In this document: positions 11,052 through 20,164 of the stretch, piece by piece
Layout of the letters: the number at the start of each line of letters is the position of its first letter
Numbering within the stretch: the first letter of the stretch is position 1
Assembly: GCA_900539165.1 (NCBI GenBank)
Contig: UQAZ01000002.1
Location: 13,559 to 77,558, forward strand
Length of the DNA: 64,000 nt
Origin: an uncultured Oscillospiraceae bacterium
Lineage (GTDB): Bacteria; Bacillota; Clostridia; Oscillospirales; Acutalibacteraceae
Reading direction: 5' to 3'
Notes under the pieces: generated by a model
The model's database searches: none
What the model was told of the DNA's origin: nothing
Seen by the model: only the letters and a program-made list of their open reading frames with translations
Program-made: the position numbers and the translations under genes

Positions 11052-11782
11052 CTATACATTCTCCAAATTCCTATATTCTTAAAGCCGAGGTCGGTATAAA
11101 AATGCTCGTTAAGCTCGGCATCTCTCATAAGGTAAACAGTACCCTTAATATCGTTGCAGATATATGAAACCAAATATCCGCCATAGCCCATTCTTCTGTA
11201 ATCCTCGCCTGTGCGAACAGCGGTAAGTACGGCATCATCGTCATAAATCGAGGACAAAATCGAGCTTGATACAACATTTCCCGCAACATTAAGAGTATAT
11301 GCCTTAGCAGTATTATGCCTCACTCTATGGCTTATATCAACATACCACGACTTAAAATCCTGATTATCATAATCAATAAAATTATATAAATCCATAAGTT
11401 TAGGGTACTCGTCTACGCTGATACCTATCATACCCGCACCCATAACATTCAAATCACGCTTTACATCGCAAGACATAATAACGCCCTCATCATATTTTGC
11501 ACCGATTTCAAAAATCGGGTCACACAAAATGGTGCCGTGTCCTGTAATGCAAAAGAACCTGACAAGCTCATAATTATCAAAGCCGTCGTCTACTGCCAAG
11601 GTTATATCGTTATCAAGCTTTGAAAGAATCGCTGTGATTTTGCCATCTAAAATCTGACGGTAAAAGGTAGCGAAGCGATAAGCCGTGCCATAGGATTTAA
11701 GCAAAGCCAAAATTCTGACGGTATATAAATCCCTCTTTTGCCATTCGTCAAAAAGTTCAGGGCTTTCAATTTGTTCAATCAT
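11048..11782 (-). CDS. Hypothetical protein with a C-terminal GNAT acetyltransferase-like motif
   Basis: C-terminal RTGEDYRRMGYGGYLVSYI then FYTDLGFKNIG matches GNAT motif A (R/Q-x-x-G-x-G/A) and motif B. The N-terminal ~150 aa is unrecognised. Confidence 0.4.
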   Translation of the reverse strand: MIEQIESPELFDEWQKRDLYTVRILALLKSYGTAYRFATFYRQILDGKITAILSKLDNDITLAVDDGFDNYELVRFFCITGHGTILCDPIFEIGAKYDEGVIMSCDVKRDLNVMGAGMIGISVDEYPKLMDLYNFIDYDNQDFKSWYVDISHRVRHNTAKAYTLNVAGNVVSSSILSSIYDDDAVLTAVRTGEDYRRMGYGGYLVSYICNDIKGTVYLMRDAELNEHFYTDLGFKNIGIWRMYR

Positions 11783-12791
11783 AAATCTTTTTTAATAATT
11801 CCTTTATTAATTTTCTTGTGTTATCAATATCCGACTGCTTTACAACGCTTGCACCCGAATGAATATATCGGCAAGGAAGTGATATTGCAAGCACCTTTGC
11901 ACCCTTGCCCGAAGTTTGAATAGCACCTGCATCATTTCCGCCTGCGACAGCGGTTTTTGTCTGCACGGGAATGTTGTTTTCTGAGGCGGTATTCATTGCA
12001 AGTTTATAAAGGTCTCTGTCATAAACAGTTCTGTTATCCATAAACGAAACAACTGCTCCGTTACCCAAAACACAAACTCTGTCGGCTCCTGTTACACCGT
12101 CCAAATCGGCGGCTGTTGTAGCTTCAAGGACGAGTGCCACATCTGCCTGAACGGTAAAAGCAGTACATGCCGAGCCACGAAGGCCAACCTCCTCCTGAAC
12201 ATTAAAGCAAAAGACCGTGTCATATTCAAGTTCGCTCTTAATAAGCTCAATCATAAGCATACAACCTATTCTGTCATCAAGAGCCTTAGCCTTTATATAA
12301 CCGTTTCCAAGTTCGGTATAGTCGCTGTCAAAATAAGCGAAATCACCGAGCGACACGACCGAAAGAGCCTGCTCCTCATTTTCTGCTCCGATGTCAATCA
12401 AAAGCTTATCAAAATCGGAAGCGACATTTTTTTCGCTGTCCGAAAGCAAATGAAATGCTTTATCTGCAATTACACCCTTAACACCCTCAGCCCCTACGGT
12501 AACGGTTCTGTCAAGGCACACCTTACTGTCAATTCCGCCGACACAGGAAAACCTAAGATAACCGTCGGGTGTAACACCTGTGATAATAAAGCCTACCTCG
12601 TCCATATGGGCATTAACGGAAACAATTTTATCAGGCTTTTTTCTTCCCTTTTTATAAGCGATAATCGAGCCTAAATTATCCTTTGTACAGGTGCAATAAT
12701 CCTTAATTTCATTAATGATATATGCACTTACGGCAGCCTCGTCACCCGATGTGCCGTTTAAGAGACACAAATCTTTAAGCATTATCATCAC
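11775..12791 (-). CDS. M42 family metallopeptidase (FrvX/YsdC-like aminopeptidase)
   Basis: LNGTSGDE...AHMDEVGFII..V...GYLRF..VGG fits the M42 glutamyl aminopeptidase/'cellulase' fold. 338 aa. Confidence 0.8.
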   Translation of the reverse strand: MMIMLKDLCLLNGTSGDEAAVSAYIINEIKDYCTCTKDNLGSIIAYKKGRKKPDKIVSVNAHMDEVGFIITGVTPDGYLRFSCVGGIDSKVCLDRTVTVGAEGVKGVIADKAFHLLSDSEKNVASDFDKLLIDIGAENEEQALSVVSLGDFAYFDSDYTELGNGYIKAKALDDRIGCMLMIELIKSELEYDTVFCFNVQEEVGLRGSACTAFTVQADVALVLEATTAADLDGVTGADRVCVLGNGAVVSFMDNRTVYDRDLYKLAMNTASENNIPVQTKTAVAGGNDAGAIQTSGKGAKVLAISLPCRYIHSGASVVKQSDIDNTRKLIKELLKKIYD

Positions 12792-13809
12792 CTACTCTCT
12801 GCTTAATATACTCTGCAATAAGGCAAGCGGTTGCCTCAATATCATTTACATTAACAACCTCAACAGGCGAATGCATATATTTTTGCGGGATTGAAAGAAG
12901 AGAGGTTTTTATTCCGCAACGGCTGACGGAAATAACATCCGCATCCGTTCCGGTATGACCGCCTCCCATAATTTCCTCTTGAAAGGCAATTCCTTTTTTA
13001 ATTGCGACATTCTTCATTGCTCGGCTCATATCGTTACTGAGTATCGGAGAAAATCCAATCATAGCGCCTTTACCGATTTCGCCACATTCACTCTTTTTGC
13101 AGGACGGGGTATAAGCAAAGGAAACATCAACGCAAATTGCCTCGTCCACACCGTCAATAAATGAACCTGTTTTTGCACCACGAAGTCCGACCTCCTCCTG
13201 AGAGGTAAAGAGAACGGTTATTTTAGCATTAACACCCATTAGCTTTTCCAAAGCCAAAAGCACGGCACAAACACCTGCTTTGTTGTCGAGCGAATTAGAG
13301 CAAATTTGATTATTCATCAACGGAGTAAACACACGCTTAAATGTTGCTCTGTCACCGAGCGAAATAAGCTGTTCGGCTTCTTGCTTCGTCATACCTACAT
13401 CGACTGCAAGGTCATCAAGTGACGGAACATTTTTCTTATCATCCTTTGATTGAAGATGAGGAGGCAAAGAGGAAATGACTCCCCTGACCTCTTTTTTGCC
13501 CCAAATGCTGACTTCGCTTGCTGTGAGCATTCTGTTATCTATTCCGCCGCACTTATCGAGCTTAATAAAGCCGTCGTCGGTAACAGCCTTAACAATCATA
13601 CCGATTTGGTCAATATGAGCGTCAAGCAGAAAATGTGTTCCCTCGCCAAAGGTACAGCTTACATTATTAATTGAATCTATTTTTGCTTTGCCGAAAGGAG
13701 TAAGCATATCGCTGAGTAAATGCGCAAAATCGCTTTCACATCCGCTGACGGCAGGTACATCAGTAAGCTTTTTTAACAGCTGTATAATTTCTTTATTATT
13801 CAAATTCAT
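12775..13809 (-). CDS. M42 family metallopeptidase, second paralog
   Basis: VSGCE...DAHIDQIGMIV..V.DDGFIKL...GGID, with HSPVE at the C-terminus. It is a paralog of the adjacent gene. Confidence 0.8.
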   Translation of the reverse strand: MNLNNKEIIQLLKKLTDVPAVSGCESDFAHLLSDMLTPFGKAKIDSINNVSCTFGEGTHFLLDAHIDQIGMIVKAVTDDGFIKLDKCGGIDNRMLTASEVSIWGKKEVRGVISSLPPHLQSKDDKKNVPSLDDLAVDVGMTKQEAEQLISLGDRATFKRVFTPLMNNQICSNSLDNKAGVCAVLLALEKLMGVNAKITVLFTSQEEVGLRGAKTGSFIDGVDEAICVDVSFAYTPSCKKSECGEIGKGAMIGFSPILSNDMSRAMKNVAIKKGIAFQEEIMGGGHTGTDADVISVSRCGIKTSLLSIPQKYMHSPVEVVNVNDIEATACLIAEYIKQRVGDDNA

Positions 13810-15223
13810 TCACCAATCTTTTATATTCTCTGCCCCTGTATTCAAAAGTTTTGAACTGGTCGAAAGCAGGACACGCAGGACAAAGTGTTACTATATCTCT
13901 GCTGTGTGCCTTTTCTCGTGCAATACCTACGGCATTTTTTAGGACATCTGTTTTTATGATTTCCAAGCCCGAGGATTCATAGCCGTCGCTGTTTACTATG
14001 CAATCATAAATTTTATCGGCTGTTGCGCCGTTTAGCACGAGCGTTTTTACATATTTCAAAATGTAAGGCACCATTTCGGTCATATCGTTGCCCTTATCGC
14101 TTCCGCCCATGATAACAATGATTTTTCTGCCGAACGCTTTTAAGCCGCTGATAACTCGGCTGGGTGAGGTTGCGATAGAATCGTTGTAATATCTGACTCC
14201 GTCAAGCTCTCTGACAAATTCTATTCTATGCTCAACACCGCCAAAAGTCTGAGCGACCTTTTTAATATTCTCAACGCTTACGCTGCCCCAAACGGCGGAA
14301 ATTGCCGTACAGTAATTTGCGACATTATGCATACCCGGAATTTTAATATCGTCTTTATTCATAACGGTTGTGATTTTTCCGTTTTCTGCAAAGAAAATAT
14401 CTCCGCTTTGTGTATCAAGATAAGCACCGTTTTCAACAGGATGCTCAATCGAAAATTCATAAAGCTTACCTCTGACATCATATCTCATATCGTGATAAAC
14501 CGTATTTCCGATAGAGTAATCACAATCGGCATTAAGCACAGTACGCTGTGAAGAATTTTGATAAATAAGAATATTTCTCTTTGCATCTACATATTCGTCA
14601 AGGCTGATATGATGGTCCTGATGGGTGCATTCGATATTTGTAACGACTGCAACATCGGGTCTGTTGACCATATTGCCCATAGTCAAAAGTTGAAAAGACG
14701 AAAGTTCGACAACCGCTATATCATTTTCGGTTATTTCATCAAGGCACGGCATTAAAGCCTTACCGATATTACCGCCGAGGATAACTTTATATCCCTGAAG
14801 TGCAAGCATTTTTGAAATGAGGGTTGTTGTAGTGGTTTTACCGTTTGAGCCTGTTACGGCATAGATTTTTGCAGGACAATACTTAAAGAAAACTTCCATT
14901 TCGGTTGTAACGGTTTGTCCTCTTCTTATGCACTCGCCAATCCACGGATTTTGAAACGGCAGAATACCGTGCGAGCGAAAAACAATATCCATTTCGGGTA
15001 AAACATCGAGATAACTTTCACCGAGGCAGAGAGTTACGCCCAAAGCCTCAAGCTCGTCGCAAGCTTCCTTGCCGATATATTCCCTGTCTCTTTTATCACA
15101 GGCATAGGTTTCTATTCCGTGCTGAGCCATAAATTTTGCACACGGAAGATTTGCAACGCCCATACCGACGAATGCAACCTTTTTGCCTTTAATTTCTTGT
15201 ATATATTTTTGTGCATATGTCAT
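13796..15223 (-). CDS. murD: UDP-N-acetylmuramoylalanine--D-glutamate ligase
   Basis: KVAFVGMGVANLP...VTGSNGKTTTTTLI...GGNIG is the Mur ligase P-loop and domain order. 475 aa. Confidence 0.9.
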   Translation of the reverse strand: MTYAQKYIQEIKGKKVAFVGMGVANLPCAKFMAQHGIETYACDKRDREYIGKEACDELEALGVTLCLGESYLDVLPEMDIVFRSHGILPFQNPWIGECIRRGQTVTTEMEVFFKYCPAKIYAVTGSNGKTTTTTLISKMLALQGYKVILGGNIGKALMPCLDEITENDIAVVELSSFQLLTMGNMVNRPDVAVVTNIECTHQDHHISLDEYVDAKRNILIYQNSSQRTVLNADCDYSIGNTVYHDMRYDVRGKLYEFSIEHPVENGAYLDTQSGDIFFAENGKITTVMNKDDIKIPGMHNVANYCTAISAVWGSVSVENIKKVAQTFGGVEHRIEFVRELDGVRYYNDSIATSPSRVISGLKAFGRKIIVIMGGSDKGNDMTEMVPYILKYVKTLVLNGATADKIYDCIVNSDGYESSGLEIIKTDVLKNAVGIAREKAHSRDIVTLCPACPAFDQFKTFEYRGREYKRLVNEFE

Positions 15224-15244
15224 AATATCTTCTCCTTTGGCAGG

Positions 15245-16081
15245 TCAACGAATGTAAAACGAGCCTTTATTAAAATCCTTTAGATTAAAATCTTTCATTT
15301 TTTCCTCAAGCTGTTGCTGATAAGGAAGTCTTTGCTCGGCAACATACTTTTTATCAACAGGAACTTCGCAACCCATAACATAATTTGCAATCATTTGCTG
15401 ATGCTTTACGGGTTTATTTCCCAGGAAATAACATTTACCGCTGTCGGTTTCAACAATCGCATTCGCAAATATAAGTTTTTCTTTTTTGTCTATGGGAGTG
15501 ATTTCCTTAGAATAGGCGTATGCCGAATCGTCCGCCGTATCCGTAATGAAGAGAACAACATTTGTGCCTCGTCTGCGAACATTAACAGCCGTTACATCAT
15601 AAACAGCCGATTGCAAATATGCTATAACATCGTTTTTGTCAAGATTCTCAACGCATACGATATAAAATGCTTCCTTGCCTTTAACAGCCTTAGCGTTAAA
15701 CTCAAAGCCGTCAATTTCCACATTGTTGCTGACTGCAAATCCGTTTGATTTAAGGTCGCTCAAAACAGCATCATAATAAGATTTAACATCCCTCTGTTCT
15801 CTTGCCGTAAAATAAGCGCCTGCGTCTTGAAGTTCATACTCTATCGCTTCGAGAAGCTTATCGCTTTTTGAATACTTTGAGGTATAGAAAAAGAGAACTG
15901 AAAGCGACACCAAAATCAAGGCATAGCCGACATATGCGGCAGCTATTGCCGCACCGCTTCCCAAATCCTCGGCAATAATCGGCTGTAATCCGATATAAAC
16001 AAAGAAATATATTCCCGTTATGATGAACAAAGTGTTCATCAGTTTTTTTAATTTTTTTTGCTTTAATCTGAATTCTCTCAT
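15245..16081 (-). CDS. Hypothetical membrane protein: two N-terminal TM helices and a cytoplasmic domain
   Basis: Hydrophobic segments at about aa 15-35 and 40-65. No recognisable motif. Sandwiched between ligA and murD with 2-nt and 21-nt gaps. Confidence 0.45.
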   Translation of the reverse strand: MREFRLKQKKLKKLMNTLFIITGIYFFVYIGLQPIIAEDLGSGAAIAAAYVGYALILVSLSVLFFYTSKYSKSDKLLEAIEYELQDAGAYFTAREQRDVKSYYDAVLSDLKSNGFAVSNNVEIDGFEFNAKAVKGKEAFYIVCVENLDKNDVIAYLQSAVYDVTAVNVRRRGTNVVLFITDTADDSAYAYSKEITPIDKKEKLIFANAIVETDSGKCYFLGNKPVKHQQMIANYVMGCEVPVDKKYVAEQRLPYQQQLEEKMKDFNLKDFNKGSFYIR

Positions 16082-16082
16082 A

Positions 16083-18053
16083 TCACTTTATCATTTCGTT
16101 AAATTCGTCCTCGTTAATAACAGGTATGCCAAGGCTGTTAGCCTTATCAAGCTTTGAACCGCTTGCTTCACCTGACAAAACATATGAGGTTTTTTTACTT
16201 ACGGATGATGAGGTCTTTCCGCCAAAAGATTCGATAATTGCGGCAGCCTCGCTACGCTTATAATTCGGGAGCGTACCCGTTAATACAAAGGTCATTCCCT
16301 CAAAACGATTATCCTTAACAACAGACTTGCTTTGAGTATTAACGCCAAAGGATTTAAGGTCGGCGATGAGTTCCCTTGCACTCTCGCTTTGGAAGAAATC
16401 AAAAGCGGATTTTGCCATAATATCGCCAAAGCCGTCAATATCACATATTGCCTCGAACGATGAATTCATAAGATTATCAATATTCTTAAACTCGTCGCTG
16501 AGAAGTTTCGCCGCTTTAGCACCGATATGCCTTATGCCGAATGCAAAAATAAGTTTTGACAAATCATTATTCTTGCTGTTTTCCACCGACTCGATAATAT
16601 TATTTGCGCTTGTCTGCTGAAATCCGTCAAGGGAGGCAATCTTCTCTTTATCAAGGCGATAAATATCGGTTACGGTTTTAATCATACCCTCGTTTACAAA
16701 GGTTTCTATAATACTTGGACCTAAGCCCTCTATGTCCATAGCGTCACAAGAACAGTAATGAATAAGGTTACGGAGAAGTTGTGCGGGGCATTCGGGATTT
16801 ATACAACGAATATCGCTCTCGCCCTCTTCTCGCACTACCTTTTCGTTACAAGACGGACAACGCTCGGGATAAACAAAGTTACCGTCGCTTCTCTTTTCAT
16901 TAACGCAAAGCACCTCGGGAATAATATCTCCCGCTTTTCTGACTGTAACTATATCGCCTATATTTACTCCCTTTTCGTTTATAAAATCCTGATTATGGAG
17001 CGTTGCTCTTGATACGGTTGTACCTGCAAGATGTACCGGACTGAGTACCGCTGTCGGAGTAAGCTTACCCGTTCTGCCGACAGTAATTTCTATATCGAGT
17101 ATTTCGGTCTGCTTTTCCTCAGGGGGATACTTAAACGCAACAGCCCACTTTGGAAACTTAGCAGTTGAGCCGAGTTGTTCTCTCTCGGAAAAATCGTCAA
17201 CCTTAATAACCGCACCGTCTATATCAAACTCAAGTTCTCCACGCTTTTCGCCGATTTGAAGTACCTTTTCAAAAGCGGTCTCTATATCGTCAACACGCTC
17301 GTAATACGGAATTGTATTAAACCCGAGTTCTTTCAGATAATCCAAGCTTTCTTTATGCGAAGTGAGTTCCTTGCCCTCAATCTGCTGAATATTGAAAACA
17401 AAAATGTCAAGTCCTCTCGTTGCGGCAACCTCGCTGTCCTTTTGTCTAAGCGAGCCTGCCGCCGCATTACGTGGATTCTTAAACGGTTTTTCGTCGTTGA
17501 TAAGCTGACGGTCTACCACCCTGTCAAAGCTTTTTTTCGGCATATACACTTCGCCTCTTACTTCAATATAAGGCAATGCGTGATTAAGCTTTAACGGAAT
17601 GTTATGAATAACACGGAGATTGCCCGAAACATCCTCGCCCACATTTCCGTCGCCTCTCGTTGAGCCTCTGAAAAATTCGCCGTTTACATATTCAAGGCTG
17701 ACAGAAAGTCCGTCGATTTTAGGCTCGACAACATAATGAACATCTGATACATTTTCTTTTACCCTGCGGTCAAAGTCGAAAATCTCCTCTTTTGAAAATG
17801 CGTCCTGAAGGCTCTCCATACGAACGGTATGCTCAACGCTCGCAAATGAATTATCAGCCTTACCTCCGACCCTTTTTGTGGGAGAATCGGCAGAATCGAA
17901 CTCAGGGTATTTCTCCTCGAGACCTTTAAGTTCACGCATCATCATATCATACTCGTAGTCCTCAATTTCCGGTGCGTCATCGTTATAATAACGGTCGGAA
18001 TGATACCTAAGCGTAGCTCTTAAATTTTCGATTTTTTCCTTGATGTTTTGCAT
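16083..18053 (-). CDS. ligA: NAD-dependent DNA ligase
   Basis: Adenylation motif KIDGLSVSLEY, the Zn-finger cysteines CPSC...C.NPEC, HhH repeats and a C-terminal BRCT domain. 656 aa. Confidence 0.95.
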   Translation of the reverse strand: MQNIKEKIENLRATLRYHSDRYYNDDAPEIEDYEYDMMMRELKGLEEKYPEFDSADSPTKRVGGKADNSFASVEHTVRMESLQDAFSKEEIFDFDRRVKENVSDVHYVVEPKIDGLSVSLEYVNGEFFRGSTRGDGNVGEDVSGNLRVIHNIPLKLNHALPYIEVRGEVYMPKKSFDRVVDRQLINDEKPFKNPRNAAAGSLRQKDSEVAATRGLDIFVFNIQQIEGKELTSHKESLDYLKELGFNTIPYYERVDDIETAFEKVLQIGEKRGELEFDIDGAVIKVDDFSEREQLGSTAKFPKWAVAFKYPPEEKQTEILDIEITVGRTGKLTPTAVLSPVHLAGTTVSRATLHNQDFINEKGVNIGDIVTVRKAGDIIPEVLCVNEKRSDGNFVYPERCPSCNEKVVREEGESDIRCINPECPAQLLRNLIHYCSCDAMDIEGLGPSIIETFVNEGMIKTVTDIYRLDKEKIASLDGFQQTSANNIIESVENSKNNDLSKLIFAFGIRHIGAKAAKLLSDEFKNIDNLMNSSFEAICDIDGFGDIMAKSAFDFFQSESARELIADLKSFGVNTQSKSVVKDNRFEGMTFVLTGTLPNYKRSEAAAIIESFGGKTSSSVSKKTSYVLSGEASGSKLDKANSLGIPVINEDEFNEMIK

Positions 18054-18082
18054 ACAATCACCTTAAAACAATAATTATAATT

Positions 18083-18111
18083 ATTATAACATTATAGTGA
18101 TATTTTATCAA
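18083..18111 (-). promoter_or_regulatory. Sigma-A-type promoter for ligA
   Basis: On the minus strand: TTGATA (18111-18106), a 17-nt spacer, TATAAT (18088-18083). An AAGGTGAT RBS lies before the ligA ATG. Confidence 0.4.
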
Positions 18112-18122
18112 CCTACACGGCA

Positions 18123-18155
18123 TAAAAAAATACCACTTCATTTCTGAAATGGTAT
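18123..18155 (-). terminator. Intrinsic terminator downstream of the 18165-19217 gene
   Basis: Stem ATACCACTTCA / TGAAATGGTAT with 10 of 11 bp paired and a loop TTTC. A 7-A run on the + strand gives a U7 tail on the minus-strand transcript. Confidence 0.55.
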
Positions 18156-18164
18156 TTTGAATTG

Positions 18165-19217
18165 CTAATTAGTTTTTGATTTGAAATTATCGGTATTTTG
18201 GTCGTAGTCCATTGCTGTCAAAAGCTCATTGATTTTGCCTTTTGTATCCTCTTTTGACTGTGCAATAACAACAGTATTTGACACACGGACTATCTCGGAA
18301 TAATAATCGTTTTCCAAATGATAAGTCTTGCTTGTGTAGTTATTATAAAAAGATTCGCCGATGACGGTATTGTATATATGTCTGTCCCAAAACTGGTTGT
18401 GAAGTGAGGCAAACAATGATTTTGCACTTTCGGTTGAATCCATTTCAACAAACATAAAATCAATATACGGATAAGCACTTGTGCATTTTATGCTGTGTTC
18501 AACAGATGAATTTTGAAGTTTCAATTCCTCTGTATTATCTATCGAATCGTAACCGTAACTTTGCATAACCTCTGCAACCTGTTCGACGGTATAAGGAGTT
18601 TTGCGTCCGGTATTGATAAACATATTACCGAATATCAAAGCCAGCAGTGCAACACATAAAACAGTAATAATTACAGCACCTTTATTACTGTAAACAAAAA
18701 GCCTTTCAAAAAGCGTTGCGTCCTTTGGCACATCGTGCTTTGTATATCCGTATTCGGCATCTATATGGCGCTCGTATTCGGATACATCTTCTCCCTTTAA
18801 TCTTTCGACAAGGTAATCTGCAAAATCATATTTTACAGGAGAAACGAGCATTTTACCGTTTCTACCGTCTTTTGTGACATAATGAAAATAATATCCGAAG
18901 GTACCTCTCACAGAGAGCTTTTGTTTAATCCAAGCGTCCTCAATCTCGTAATCATTTACAATAACATCCTTAAACGGTGATTTCCTATGAACAAAATAAT
19001 CGTCATAAATATAGATTTTATTAAACAGCGTTCTGTAAATCGAAACAACAAAGATTACCGCACAAAAGCAGGCAAGACAGCAAGCCGGTACAAAAGCACC
19101 GCTGCCCTGTCTGTGCAATAAATATGCAATTATTCCGAAAAATAAGGTTGCAAAAGTTATCGCAATATTATCCTTTACACCGAATGAGATAACATATTTA
19201 CATTCATTGTTTTTCAT
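18165..19217 (-). CDS. Hypothetical polytopic membrane protein
   Basis: Three predicted TM segments (aa ~20-40, ~45-65, ~180-200). No known motif. Start is 2 nt after the stop of the upstream PepSY-like gene. Confidence 0.45.
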   Translation of the reverse strand: MKNNECKYVISFGVKDNIAITFATLFFGIIAYLLHRQGSGAFVPACCLACFCAVIFVVSIYRTLFNKIYIYDDYFVHRKSPFKDVIVNDYEIEDAWIKQKLSVRGTFGYYFHYVTKDGRNGKMLVSPVKYDFADYLVERLKGEDVSEYERHIDAEYGYTKHDVPKDATLFERLFVYSNKGAVIITVLCVALLALIFGNMFINTGRKTPYTVEQVAEVMQSYGYDSIDNTEELKLQNSSVEHSIKCTSAYPYIDFMFVEMDSTESAKSLFASLHNQFWDRHIYNTVIGESFYNNYTSKTYHLENDYYSEIVRVSNTVVIAQSKEDTKGKINELLTAMDYDQNTDNFKSKTN

Positions 19218-19218
19218 A

Positions 19219-20055
19219 TTAATCCCCCATCATTGAATTAAAGATTAAATCGCCTGTTACGGCATCAACGCAGTAGTAATAATGGTCTGCAACAGAATCA
19301 TTATCAAAATATGTTACGCCGTAATATTTATGTCCGCTTGGGTTTGGATTATATTGGGTATTAAAGCCGTAATACTGCACGGCTGCACCTTTTAACACCG
19401 CTTCTTCAAATGAGAAATTTAAGTCAGGATATAATTCTTTATGTTTTTGTAAAGCAATCTTTGTTGCCTTATCTTTAGAAATGAGATAAGATTTATACAC
19501 GGCGGGATTTTCTATGTCGCTGATACACCAAACCATGTCTTTACCGTCATTTCCCTGATAAACAAATCCCAAAAGTGACGGCTCGTTATCTAAATAATAT
19601 ACCTTATACTTACAATCCGAATCGGCGTTTTCTTCGGCTATCGAATCAATTTTTATATCTTGATATAAAGTAAAATCTATCGGCGAAATATCGGTTAAAT
19701 CAAAGCTATTACAATAATCGTAAAAATTGTCTCCGCTTATATGCTCGGTATTTGTAACAACGCCGTTAAAATCGGGCAAGTCTTTATTATACAAAGTCAC
19801 CTTATCGTCAACAATTTCTATTCCATCAACGGTATTCGGGTTCATAGACTGCTTTTCGTCCAAATAAAGAGGCTCGCCGACGGGCAAAGCATTAGGGTTA
19901 CTTTCAGTCTCTGTGACAGCAACGGTATCGGAGATATTATTTTCATTTGCGCTTTTCTTACCGTTAATTGACTTTACGGCAAATCCGACCGTTATGCAAA
20001 GGCAAATTACTATTATGACAGATATTATAATCGTTATAACTTTTGAGCGTTTCAC
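19219..20055 (-). CDS. Membrane-anchored protein with a C-terminal PepSY-like domain
   Basis: An N-terminal signal-anchor (KVITIIISVIIVICLCITVGFAV). The C-terminal ...KIALQKH...FEEAVLKGAAVQYYGF...YYYCVDAVTGDLIF fits the PepSY pattern (...yeVe...VDA.TG.il). Confidence 0.5.
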   Translation of the reverse strand: MKRSKVITIIISVIIVICLCITVGFAVKSINGKKSANENNISDTVAVTETESNPNALPVGEPLYLDEKQSMNPNTVDGIEIVDDKVTLYNKDLPDFNGVVTNTEHISGDNFYDYCNSFDLTDISPIDFTLYQDIKIDSIAEENADSDCKYKVYYLDNEPSLLGFVYQGNDGKDMVWCISDIENPAVYKSYLISKDKATKIALQKHKELYPDLNFSFEEAVLKGAAVQYYGFNTQYNPNPSGHKYYGVTYFDNDSVADHYYYCVDAVTGDLIFNSMMGD

Positions 20056-20121
20056 AAAAAGACCTCCGTTAAAATTATTTCAACTTCATCATAACATAAC
20101 GGTAATATTTAATCAACAACT

Positions 20122-20149
20122 AAAAAAGAGAGGCTCAAATGAACCTCTC
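20122..20149 (-). terminator. Intrinsic terminator of tyrS
   Basis: Minus-strand hairpin GAGAGGTTCATTTGAGCCTCTC (9 of 10 bp paired) followed by TTTTTT. Confidence 0.5.
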
Positions 20150-20164
20150 AACAGAAAACATAAA

